A stretch of DNA of 32,000 nucleotides, taken from the NCBI GenBank assembly GCA_000175855.1, contig ACYB01000035.1:330001-362000 (forward strand). The letters are read 5' to 3'. Every line of letters begins with the position of its first letter. Position 1 is the first letter of the stretch. This DNA comes from Raphidiopsis brookii D9. Its GTDB lineage: Bacteria; Cyanobacteriota; Cyanobacteriia; Cyanobacteriales; Nostocaceae. The notes beneath the pieces were generated by a model. The model was not told where the DNA came from. It did no database searches and saw only the letters and a program-made list of their open reading frames with translations. A program made the position numbers and the translations under genes. Of this stretch, positions 20,466 through 29,148 are shown one piece after another.

Positions 20466-21320
20466 ATGAAACACTTAAAATGCCCTGTTTGTGACTGTGA
20501 ATACAGTAAAGAAGTAAATCAGGTTTGTCCAACTTGCTCTTGGCGCATTATATCATATCCCTTATCTTATTCATATAATCTAAGTTTAATGGGAGCAAAA
20601 AGACAGGAGGAGATATTAGAATGGGAATGGGCTAATAAGTGGGCTAAAGCAATGTGGCAAAAATTATGTGAATTAAATGAAGAAAATTTGGTGCTACGCC
20701 AAAAGAATGATTCATTATCGGAAAAACATTTACAAAGTTTGCAGGACATACATAGTAATACTCAACATTTACCGGAAATATTAAGTATTTTACGCCAAAT
20801 CAGTGAAAAATACCAAAGAATTGACACTTTTTCTGACCCTTCTCAACTCCATGGGGAATCGGAGCAAATAGGTGAACAGAAAAATTACTTTTCAACTGAT
20901 CAAAAACAGTGCAGCGATGATTATATAGATGATTATATAATTGATGACCCACAAGTAATTAGTTTAGTGGAAACTTATAATAGTCATGGAGATTTTCTGG
21001 ATAAAATAGAAGTTTCTGAAACAGAAGATAGCAAGTCCCATCGTTGGTGTGGTGGTAAGGATCCGGCAATTTTTGAAGCTAATCACAAAAGTAGGGGAGA
21101 TTATTGGATTATTGATAATCAATATTTAGTGCCAAAATACGGGCAAAAGATTAATCAGCATAGTTATGAAACTATATCCATATTGTTTGAATGCTTAAAT
21201 TATCACTATAACGATTCCGTTGGTTTAAGGAGTATGATATTAGTTAAACCTGCTAAGGTTTCTCCCATTCATGATCAAGAAAAATGGAAATTACAAGACA
21301 CTGGAACTTTACAGTTTTAA
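20466..21320 (+). CDS. Zn-ribbon (CPVC...CPTC) plus coiled-coil protein with a C-terminal shared ~120-aa domain (paralog 1)
   Basis: N-terminal MKHLKCPVCDCEYSKEVNQVCPTCSW. The C-terminal domain (about nt 20946-21317) ends in LVKPAKVSP...KWKLQDTGTLQF. Confidence 0.65.
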   Translation: MKHLKCPVCDCEYSKEVNQVCPTCSWRIISYPLSYSYNLSLMGAKRQEEILEWEWANKWAKAMWQKLCELNEENLVLRQKNDSLSEKHLQSLQDIHSNTQHLPEILSILRQISEKYQRIDTFSDPSQLHGESEQIGEQKNYFSTDQKQCSDDYIDDYIIDDPQVISLVETYNSHGDFLDKIEVSETEDSKSHRWCGGKDPAIFEANHKSRGDYWIIDNQYLVPKYGQKINQHSYETISILFECLNYHYNDSVGLRSMILVKPAKVSPIHDQEKWKLQDTGTLQF

Positions 21321-21345
21321 TCAAAAACTAACCTTGGGGAATTAT

Positions 21346-22890
21346 ATGAAACTTATTAAGTATCACTTTTGCTTAACTCTGGCATTATCTGGCAAAATGC
21401 TCTTGGCCACACCACTTTATGCTACCGATATGGATAAACCGGTACAAACCCCAAACAACAATAGTGGCAATATTGAAGTTGTTAGTATCAATCACCAACG
21501 GAATATTCTAGAAAAATTTGCAGGTCTAAAAAATGCAGTAAAGTCCTTAAATCAGGACCTAAAAATTTTTGTTCAAGACAAGAAAAATACTGGAAGTTTA
21601 AATTCTAAAAAAGTTATTAGCCAAATTAATCAGTTAAAGCAAGAAGTTGCTAAATTATCTCTAACTCCCCAGTTATCTCCTTCAGTCAAAAGGAGTAATA
21701 GTATAATTAAAGAACTTGAACGTACTATGAAATATCTAGAAGACGGATTGAAAAAAAATGGAGTAACTGGAATACAAAAGTATTTGGGCTTTTTTGCCAG
21801 GAGAAGAGTAAATAACAAATACTATGGAAATTTTGGAGAGACAACACAGGAAGAAATAGAGAAATTTACTAATAAAAAAATCCAGGAACTGGAAAAAGAA
21901 ATTAAAATTATTAGTTCTTTGACTCCTAAATCTTTAACTGCTAGTAATAGCAAAAAACTTGTATTAAGTAATAGCAGTAATGTTAGTAATATTGATGGTA
22001 ATATTAACAATGATAGTAATAGTGATAAGGTTATTAACCCAAATTCTCAGCTATATAATTCGTCCAATAATTCAGAAGAGATGGCAGCACTTAAAAGAGA
22101 TTTATCTCGGATGGGTCTCATAATAGTCGTTTTATCTCTAATGTTTGCAGTTTTTGCTATTGTCTGTCTTTATAAACTTTATGAAGTTTTAGAAAACCCA
22201 GATAACCTTAACAGACTGATGAAGAATAATCAGGATATTAAGAATATTTACCAAGAGTTGAAAAATCTTAGTGGTAGACTAAAGAAACTTGAAACCTATC
22301 GGCAAAGTTTAACTGGTAATCCCAGTCCCAACTCAGATAAGTCAGATCAGTCCTCTAAGTCTCAACTTGATCAATTTTCTGCAAGTTCCCAAATTACAAA
22401 ACAAGTTAATCCAATTAATTCGGTTAATCGAGGTAAACCTCAAAAACCAACAATGGGTACCTCGTATAAGTTACACAAATTGTCAGGATCATTAGAGTCA
22501 AATAAAGAGTCAAATAGTGTTGCTAATCCCGGAAATCAATTGGTACGGGAATATAATAGTGGCGCTAGGTCACTAGCAAATACGGCAATTATTGTATCAG
22601 AAAGTGAACTTACAGCTGAACAACGTCGTCTTGGTCGTGATAGTCAACCTATTTTAGAGCCAAATAACCGGGGTAATTATTGGATTATTAACCATGGTGA
22701 TATGGATTACCTGGTTCCTAAACCGACAATGAAAGTTAATAATCATAATTATAACACCATGTCTAGACTTTTTAATTGTTTGGAATATGACCCTAACTCT
22801 AGTAAGTCTTTTAAACTGATTAACCCAGCAAAAGTTTCCCCAATGGGTGAAAAATGGCAGTTAGTCGAGGAGGGGGAATTACAATTTTAG
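21346..22890 (+). CDS. Bitopic membrane protein: signal peptide, coiled-coil and low-complexity ectodomain, one TM, then the cytoplasmic shared ~120-aa domain (paralog 2)
   Basis: ATG at 21346 with signal-like MKLIKYHFCLTLALSGKMLLATPLYA. The TM segment MGLIIVVLSLMFAVFAIVCLY is at nt 22111-22173. The C-terminal domain (nt 22537-22887) ends in LINPAKVSPMGEKWQLVEEGELQF. The track's 21271 start overlaps the previous gene and is unlikely. Confidence 0.65.
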   Translation: MKLIKYHFCLTLALSGKMLLATPLYATDMDKPVQTPNNNSGNIEVVSINHQRNILEKFAGLKNAVKSLNQDLKIFVQDKKNTGSLNSKKVISQINQLKQEVAKLSLTPQLSPSVKRSNSIIKELERTMKYLEDGLKKNGVTGIQKYLGFFARRRVNNKYYGNFGETTQEEIEKFTNKKIQELEKEIKIISSLTPKSLTASNSKKLVLSNSSNVSNIDGNINNDSNSDKVINPNSQLYNSSNNSEEMAALKRDLSRMGLIIVVLSLMFAVFAIVCLYKLYEVLENPDNLNRLMKNNQDIKNIYQELKNLSGRLKKLETYRQSLTGNPSPNSDKSDQSSKSQLDQFSASSQITKQVNPINSVNRGKPQKPTMGTSYKLHKLSGSLESNKESNSVANPGNQLVREYNSGARSLANTAIIVSESELTAEQRRLGRDSQPILEPNNRGNYWIINHGDMDYLVPKPTMKVNNHNYNTMSRLFNCLEYDPNSSKSFKLINPAKVSPMGEKWQLVEEGELQF

Positions 22891-23007
22891 GTTATGGTCC
22901 CAGTTATAGTTGTTATATTTATAGTATTAAGGCGCTTGGCTTGATAATTTTTTTTTGAGAAACAGATTTTTCTAGAATAACTTTGTTAACAATTGGAGAT
23001 TTTAAAT

Positions 23008-23895
23008 ATGGTTGATTTAAATGATATTGTTCATAGAATCGAAGAAATAGAAAATCACTTACTAATGTTAGCTGACCGCGTACAAGATGACTCAGTTATG
23101 GTAACTGGTGCTTGGAAAGTGCCAAAAATTATCCCCACAAATATATCTGAACTGGAAATAATAAAAGTTTATAATGATGTACCTAAAGTTTTATTTAAAA
23201 ACTCAATTGTTACGGAGTTAACCGAAGAAAGTTATCGAGAAGATAACCGAGATCAATCAATTATCTTGGAATTTGATCAATATGGTAAATATTGGTTAAT
23301 CGTCTCAGATGAGAATAATGTTTTTGTTTTACCTGCAATGGATATCAAGTTACACATTTATAAGCTAAAAAGCATGGCTAAGGTATTTGATTTTCAGGGC
23401 ACTCCCTCTATGGAAAATCATTGTCTGTTAATTAAACCTGCAAAGGTTCAAAGTTTACCTAGTGGGAGAGAATGGAAACTAGAACAAAAGGGAATTCTAG
23501 AGTTTACTAGTAATGTTCATCAAGATTCGTTGAGAAATTTCTTTTATACCTTACAGGATAGTCAAGCAAATACCAATTTAGAAATACTCAAAATTAATAA
23601 GCAATTAAGTCAAATTGAACTGCAATTACAACAGGTTCCTGAAGAGAGTCAAAATATAGGTTGGCAAGTTAACATATCAGAAACCATTAAAGATAACCAA
23701 GCAAATACCAATTTAGAAATACTCAAAATTAATAAGCAATTAAATCAAATTGAACTGCAATTGCAGGAGTTCTCTCAACGGTTTCAAGACTTACAGTATA
23801 AACTTACAAAAATGTCAGTTGATATTAAAGATTATTTTGACCTACAAGTAGATTTACTTAAGGTCCGTTTAGAATCCTTGGAAAATATAAAGTGA
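23008..23895 (+). CDS. Soluble coiled-coil protein with the shared ~120-aa domain in the centre and a duplicated C-terminal coiled-coil unit (paralog 3)
   Basis: The domain lies at about nt 23152-23505 (GKYWLIV...LLIKPAKVQSLPSGREWKLEQKGILEF). It is followed by two copies of QANTNLEILKINKQL(S/N)QIELQLQ. Confidence 0.6.
   Translation: MVDLNDIVHRIEEIENHLLMLADRVQDDSVMVTGAWKVPKIIPTNISELEIIKVYNDVPKVLFKNSIVTELTEESYREDNRDQSIILEFDQYGKYWLIVSDENNVFVLPAMDIKLHIYKLKSMAKVFDFQGTPSMENHCLLIKPAKVQSLPSGREWKLEQKGILEFTSNVHQDSLRNFFYTLQDSQANTNLEILKINKQLSQIELQLQQVPEESQNIGWQVNISETIKDNQANTNLEILKINKQLNQIELQLQEFSQRFQDLQYKLTKMSVDIKDYFDLQVDLLKVRLESLENIK
23563..23762 (+). repeat. Intragenic direct repeat: two 65-bp copies with a 135-bp period
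   Basis: Positions 23563-23627 and 23698-23762 are identical except for one position (g/a). The repeat is in frame (45 aa period). Confidence 0.9.
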
Positions 23896-23932
23896 ATCCC
23901 TCTACAAAACTTCACAATTAATCTAATCCACC

Positions 23933-23958
23933 GGGGAAAGATTTTTAACTTTCTCCCC
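23933..23958. terminator. Hairpin between convergent genes (possible bidirectional terminator)
   Basis: ggggaaag (23933-23940) pairs with ctttctcccc (23949-23958) with one bulge. No clear U-tract is present on either strand. Confidence 0.25.
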
Positions 23959-23993
23959 TGTGATACGATTTGACACAACCTTTATTTACCATT

Positions 23994-24877
23994 CTAGTCA
24001 TTATCCCAGGCCAACTTAGCTGCACCTACCATACCTGCACTATTACCCAATTGTGCTGGTAAAATTTGTAGACCCATACGAGAACTTGGTAAAACACGTC
24101 TTTCAATTTCTTCTTGCATTGCTGGTAAAAAATACTCGAAACTAGCACTAATACCACCACCAATAATAATTGCTTGGGGGGTAAGTACATATATTAAACT
24201 GGTTAAACCAATGCCCAGGTCTCTACCATATTCTTGCCAAAAAGTCAAGGACTGAATATCACCTTGTTTAGCCAATTCCCCTAGTCTAGCTGGGTCCTTT
24301 CCTGTGCGACGATGAATAGCACCAATGGAGGTGTATTGTTCTAAAGAACCTTGATTACCACTGTTACATGATGGCCCATTAGGATTAAGAGTAATTAGTC
24401 CTAGTTCCCCTGCTGCACCTTGATGACCAACAAATAGTTTGCCATGCAAAATAATAGCTCCACCCACACCGGTTCCCAAGGTCAACAAGATTAAGTTTTG
24501 AAAATCACGCCCTGCACCTAACCAAGCTTCTCCTAATCCTGCGCAATTGGCATCATTGGCAAGAATTGTGGGTATTCCCGTACGGTTTTCTAACCATTCT
24601 GCTAATGGTACATTGTCCCATCCCTCAAGATTGATGGCCACTTTGGCAACTCTCCCCGTTGCATCCACAGGTCCTGGAGTTCCTACCCCCATGCCTAGGA
24701 TTCTATCATTCTGCTCAATCAGGGAATTTATCCCCCTAACATTGTAGATAATACAGCTTCTGGAGTCGCTGGTTTAGGAGTCTGTAATATTATAGTTTGT
24801 AAGCAGTTACCATTAGGATCAAATACGCCTAGTTTTATGGATGTTCCACCTATATCAATACCAATTACCACTTCCAT
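23994..24877 (-). pseudogene. ROK-family sugar kinase (glucokinase-like) interrupted by a 1-nt frame break in a C5/G5 homopolymer
   Basis: The N-terminal 49 codons (24877-24731: MEVVIGIDIGGTSIKLGVFD...) end at a TAA at 24728-24730. The downstream frame reads ...GINSLIEQNDRILGMGVGTPGPVD...ANDANCAGLGE. One extra base in the run at 24732-24736 would join the two frames. Confidence 0.8.
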
Positions 24878-25031
24878 AACCCCCCTAAGATAGATGTACT
24901 ATTTACATGAATGTGTCAGAAATAAGATTATAATACTAGATGTGAAGATGTTGCATATACTTGACTACTTTTTATTGTGAATTTGTTTCTAATTTTAATT
25001 TGTAACTCCTAATTTTGAGGAGGTAAAACCT

Positions 25032-25958
25032 ATGGAAAAACATATCAGAATTGTGTCCTTAATTCCCAGCGCTACTGAAATAGTATCTACCCTGGGACTC
25101 CAAAATGCTATTGTTGGTCGCTCCCATGAGTGTGACTATCCCCCAGAAATAGCTGGTGTGCCTGTTTGTACCCAAGCCCGATTAAATGGTAATGGTAACA
25201 GTAGTGCTATTCACGATGAGGTAAGTAAAATTCTTCAGTCTGCTTTGGGTATTTATAAGATCAAATTAGATGTTTTAGAAAAATTAAAACCTACTCATAT
25301 CATTACTCAAGCTCAATGCGATGTTTGTGCAGTTAGTTTGTCAGATGTGGAAAAAGCTGTGAAGGAACTTACCCATCTTTCACCTGAGATTATTTCTTTA
25401 CAACCTACCACCTTAGGAGATGTATGGGGTGATATTGAAAGAGTAGGTCAAACTTTCGGAGTGAATTCAATAAAAATACTAGAAAATTTAGAAGCACGGG
25501 TAAAAATTTGCAATAGAAGAATAAATGGACTTTCCTTGGGAGAAATGCCCACAGTTGCTTGTATTGAGTGGACTGACCCGGTGATGACTGCGGCAAATTG
25601 GATACCTGAGTTGGTAGATTTGGCGGGAGGAAAAATCTTGTTTACCGTTATGGGTAAACCTTCTACCCGCATTAACTGGGAAACTCTTGTTGCAACTAAT
25701 CCAGATGTAATTATTTTTATGCCCTGTGGCTTTAATTTAGAAAGGACTCAACAGGAGGCTAAATTGTTAACTCAACATCCAGACTGGGGCAAACTCCATG
25801 CAGTCAAGACTGGAAGAGTATTTGTCACAGATGGCAACGCCTATTTTAACCGACCAGGACCACGTTTGGTTGATTCTGTAGAGATTTTGGCGGAAATCCT
25901 ACACCCGGACATTTTTGAATATGGTTATCAGGGTACTGGGTGGGAACTGGCCAATTAA
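25032..25958 (+). CDS. Periplasmic-binding-protein fold protein (cobalamin/Fe-siderophore-binding, BtuF-like), with no obvious signal peptide
   Basis: N-terminal RIVSLIPSATEIVSTLGLQNAIVGRSHECDYP is typical of this family. A GAGGAGG Shine-Dalgarno sequence lies upstream. Confidence 0.75.
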   Translation: MEKHIRIVSLIPSATEIVSTLGLQNAIVGRSHECDYPPEIAGVPVCTQARLNGNGNSSAIHDEVSKILQSALGIYKIKLDVLEKLKPTHIITQAQCDVCAVSLSDVEKAVKELTHLSPEIISLQPTTLGDVWGDIERVGQTFGVNSIKILENLEARVKICNRRINGLSLGEMPTVACIEWTDPVMTAANWIPELVDLAGGKILFTVMGKPSTRINWETLVATNPDVIIFMPCGFNLERTQQEAKLLTQHPDWGKLHAVKTGRVFVTDGNAYFNRPGPRLVDSVEILAEILHPDIFEYGYQGTGWELAN

Positions 25959-25974
25959 CAACACCTACTACCGT

Positions 25975-28245
25975 TTATGTCGGTGATCTCTCCATTTCAC
26001 CCACCCTGCGAATATTGAGAATGTCACTCATTTTTTTGATCTGCACAAACAAATGTTCTAATTGACTGCGATCGCGCACTTCAATACCAAAGTTCATCAA
26101 TGCTGGTTGACCAGAGGTAGTCTTGACATCGGCGTGACGGACATTGATGCCTTGATCACTAAGTCTAGACAGAACATCTTTCAAAACGCCTACTCTATCC
26201 AGAGTCTCGATTTGAATGTCCACTGGATATGTTTGGGGACGATGGCGATGTTCCATGGCTGTATTCCATTGTACAGGTACTAACCGTTCATATTCTACCT
26301 GCTCTAAGTTATGGCAGGCTTGACGATGAATGGATATACCTCTTCCTCTAGTTACCACACCAATAATTGCTTCTCCGGGAATTGGTGTACAACATCCAGC
26401 TACATGATAAACCAAACCTTCTACTCCTAAAATTGGCGAGTCACTGGACTTGGACGTAGTGGGAAAGCTATCCTTAGATGTTTTAGGAGATAAATCTTTA
26501 GGTAAAAACGAAATTATGTCAGCTACAGGCTGCTGTGACTTGATTATATCTCGCCAGCGATTTAACACTAGATTTAAGGTAATTTCTCCATACCCCAAAC
26601 CTGCTAATAAATCTTCCACATTGTGGTAATTGCACTTTTCTGCTATAGTCTGCATGGGGTTAGATTTTAACAGGTGATCAAATCCGGTTTTGCCTAATTC
26701 TTTCTCTAATAATTCCTTACCCCTAGTAATATTCTCTTCCCTTCGGGAACGTTTGTACCATTGTTTAATTCGATATTTTGCTGCTGAAGTGCGGACAAAA
26801 TTCAGCCAGTCTAAACTGGGATGACTATTTTTTTGAGTAATAATATCAACAATATCCCCATTCTGTAGTCGTGTTGATAGCGGTACAATGCGCCCATTCA
26901 CCCGTGACCCTGCGCAGTGGTTTCCCACTTCTGTATGAATCCGATAGGCAAAGTCTATACTAGTAGACCCTGGACTCAGAGCAACCACATCTCCTTTAGG
27001 GGTAAAAACATAAACATCATCTTCAAATAAGTTATCTTTAACACTGTCTAAATATTCTTCGGCATCTTTCAAATCACTTTGCCAATCTAATAATTGCCCT
27101 AACCAGGCAAATTTTTCATCCGTCCCTGTAGCTTGAGCTGTAGATCCACCTGTTTCCTTATACTTCCAGTGAGCTGCAATACCATATTCTGCTACCTGGT
27201 GCATTTCCATTGTGCGAATTTGCACCTCTAGGGGACGACCAGTTAAACCAATTACACCTGTATGTAAAGACTGATAACGATTAGGTTTGGGCAAGCCAAT
27301 ATAATCTTTAAATCTACCAGGGATGGGACAAAACGCATCATGTACCACTGCCAAAGCGCGATAACATTCCTCATTTGTTTCCACAATAATTCTTAATGCA
27401 GCCAAATCATAAATTTCATGAAATTCCTTTTGCTGACGCTGCATTTTCTGATAAATGCTATACAGGTGTTTAGGACGGCCACTAATATCCAAACATTTAA
27501 TTCCCGCTTGTTCAATTCTCTCCCGCAATACCTCCTTAGCTTTGTTTAATTTTTCTTCTCGTGCGGTTCTTTTTTCCGCCACGTGTTCTTGAATTTCTCG
27601 ATAAGCATCTGGTTCCAAATATTTAAACGCTAAGTCTTCTAATTCCCATTTAATGTGCCAAATACCCAACCGATTAGCTAGGGGGGCAAAAATGTCTCTA
27701 GTCTCCTGGGCACTGCGACGACGACTGGTTTCCGACATATACTGTAGAGTGCGCATATTGTGTAACCTGTCTGCCAACTTCACTACAATCACTCGGATAT
27801 CCTGGGCCATGGATAAGAACATTCGCCGAAAATTTTCTGCTTGACTTTCGGTTTTGCTGGTGAAGTTAATTTTCGATAATTTAGTGACACCCTCCACCAA
27901 TTGTCTGACCTCATGACCAAATTTCTGTTCTATCTCCTCAATTGTGACTTCTGTATCCTCAACTACATCATGTAGAAACCCAGCTGCTATCATAGGAGCA
28001 TTACCACCTAAATCCTTTAATAAATCAGCTACTGCTACTGGGTGAGCTATATAGGGTTCTCCTGATTTTCTGTGCTGTCCTTCATGTAGTTCATAAGCAA
28101 ATTTTAAGGCGTTACAAACTAAACTGTTATCATTACACCTTCGGTCATCCTCTCCTGAACCACTGTTGCTAGTATTTTCCTGAAGGCATGTTTTTAACCA
28201 TTGAGGTAGGTTAATCTTTGTCGAACAATCAATAGAGCTGGTCAT
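25975..28245 (-). CDS. spoT: Bifunctional (p)ppGpp synthetase/hydrolase (RelA/SpoT homolog)
   Basis: HD hydrolase domain (HPVAVA...FLHDVVEDT), synthetase region (GRPKHLYSIYQKM, YQSLHT), a TGS domain and a C-terminal ACT-like domain. Confidence 0.95.
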   Translation of the reverse strand: MTSSIDCSTKINLPQWLKTCLQENTSNSGSGEDDRRCNDNSLVCNALKFAYELHEGQHRKSGEPYIAHPVAVADLLKDLGGNAPMIAAGFLHDVVEDTEVTIEEIEQKFGHEVRQLVEGVTKLSKINFTSKTESQAENFRRMFLSMAQDIRVIVVKLADRLHNMRTLQYMSETSRRRSAQETRDIFAPLANRLGIWHIKWELEDLAFKYLEPDAYREIQEHVAEKRTAREEKLNKAKEVLRERIEQAGIKCLDISGRPKHLYSIYQKMQRQQKEFHEIYDLAALRIIVETNEECYRALAVVHDAFCPIPGRFKDYIGLPKPNRYQSLHTGVIGLTGRPLEVQIRTMEMHQVAEYGIAAHWKYKETGGSTAQATGTDEKFAWLGQLLDWQSDLKDAEEYLDSVKDNLFEDDVYVFTPKGDVVALSPGSTSIDFAYRIHTEVGNHCAGSRVNGRIVPLSTRLQNGDIVDIITQKNSHPSLDWLNFVRTSAAKYRIKQWYKRSRREENITRGKELLEKELGKTGFDHLLKSNPMQTIAEKCNYHNVEDLLAGLGYGEITLNLVLNRWRDIIKSQQPVADIISFLPKDLSPKTSKDSFPTTSKSSDSPILGVEGLVYHVAGCCTPIPGEAIIGVVTRGRGISIHRQACHNLEQVEYERLVPVQWNTAMEHRHRPQTYPVDIQIETLDRVGVLKDVLSRLSDQGINVRHADVKTTSGQPALMNFGIEVRDRSQLEHLFVQIKKMSDILNIRRVGEMERSPT

Positions 28246-28603
28246 AGGAATAGTAGGTTTTTTAGTTGGTTAATGCTTTTGGTATTTGGTTTCAAAACTG
28301 TGGATATAGTCTTGAAACTGGGCAGTTTTTGCTGCAAATCGATTAAGAATCTAGTTCTGCCATCAATTTTTCCGATCATGGCAGAACTTAGTAATCTAAT
28401 TCTCGCTGAAATGGGTTATTATGGAGCAAATTGCCTATTTATAGCTCTAGGCAAAACGCTATAGACAGGGAAAATGGGTGACAGAACTGGTTAGGCGTTC
28501 TGTCTGACCTCCAGTCCCGGTAGCTACAATTAGGCTGCAACTATAGGTCAATAAGGATATAGAAGATATAATTGTACTCCAGATTCAAAAAATAGAAGTC
28601 CTA

Positions 28604-28957
28604 ATGTCCTTTAAATATCAAAAATATCAAGAATTGAAAACCTTGGTGGAGCTATTGTTATCAGATGTTAACAAAGCTCATGTCTACGATCCCACCTGGA
28701 AATCCCTTCTGGGTGAGATCAGCGGGTTTTTTGCACGAGAAATTGCCGTCTTTACTGATTTGGAATCTCGTCAGCAGTCTTATCAAACAGAGATAAGTAA
28801 GCAGATACGTTTGTTGGAAGTTGATATGATGTTTTTACAAAGTGCAAAACAGACAGTAACTATAAAATCACGATTAGAAAATATTCAACAAAGAGCTGAG
28901 ACTTTAACTAAGTATTGTCAGACCATGTTAGAAATAAGCATTTCTGTTAACGATTAA
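28604..28957 (+). CDS. Hypothetical helical protein (117 aa)
   Basis: ATG-initiated ORF with helical, coiled-coil-like composition. No motif was recognised with certainty. Confidence 0.5.
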   Translation: MSFKYQKYQELKTLVELLLSDVNKAHVYDPTWKSLLGEISGFFAREIAVFTDLESRQQSYQTEISKQIRLLEVDMMFLQSAKQTVTIKSRLENIQQRAETLTKYCQTMLEISISVND

Positions 28958-29148
28958 CCACTGGTTCACCACCATGTAGTGGGAATGATAAGATAAATTT
29001 ATCCAAATGCCATGGTTTCTGAATGGGAGTCACTAGACTTATTTCTAGACTATATCAACAATCTTAACCTATATCACTCCAATATAAACCAAGGATGAAT
29101 GATTTAATTTACTAATATAAAATTTCCATGAAACCTCTTGCCATTTTC

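Noticed and set aside
21271-21345. Upstream extension of paralog 2 overlapping the end of paralog 1
   Set aside because: The ATG at 21346 is followed directly by a signal-peptide-like sequence and preceded by a GGGGA Shine-Dalgarno sequence. The extension would overlap 50 nt of the previous gene's conserved C-terminal domain.
23563-23762. Possible CRISPR-like repeat
   Set aside because: There are only two copies, they are in frame inside a coding region and encode a coiled-coil unit, and no cas genes or array structure are present anywhere in the window.
12882-23993. Classical mobile genomic island or prophage
   Set aside because: No integrase, transposase, phage structural genes, tRNA target or flanking direct repeats were seen. 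The NTPase operon has flank-like GC in spot counts and contains a HIP1 site. Only HIP1 sparsity hints at foreign origin.
24878-25031. Cobalamin riboswitch upstream of the BtuF-like binding protein
   Set aside because: The region is only 154 bp, is very AT-rich and lacks any B12-box-like GC-rich core, so it is too short and too unstructured for that riboswitch class.
28273-28464. 63-aa ORF in the spoT upstream region
   Set aside because: No SD is present, the translation is hydrophobic and low-complexity, and the region is dominated by hairpin-forming repeats. It is more likely regulatory DNA or RNA.
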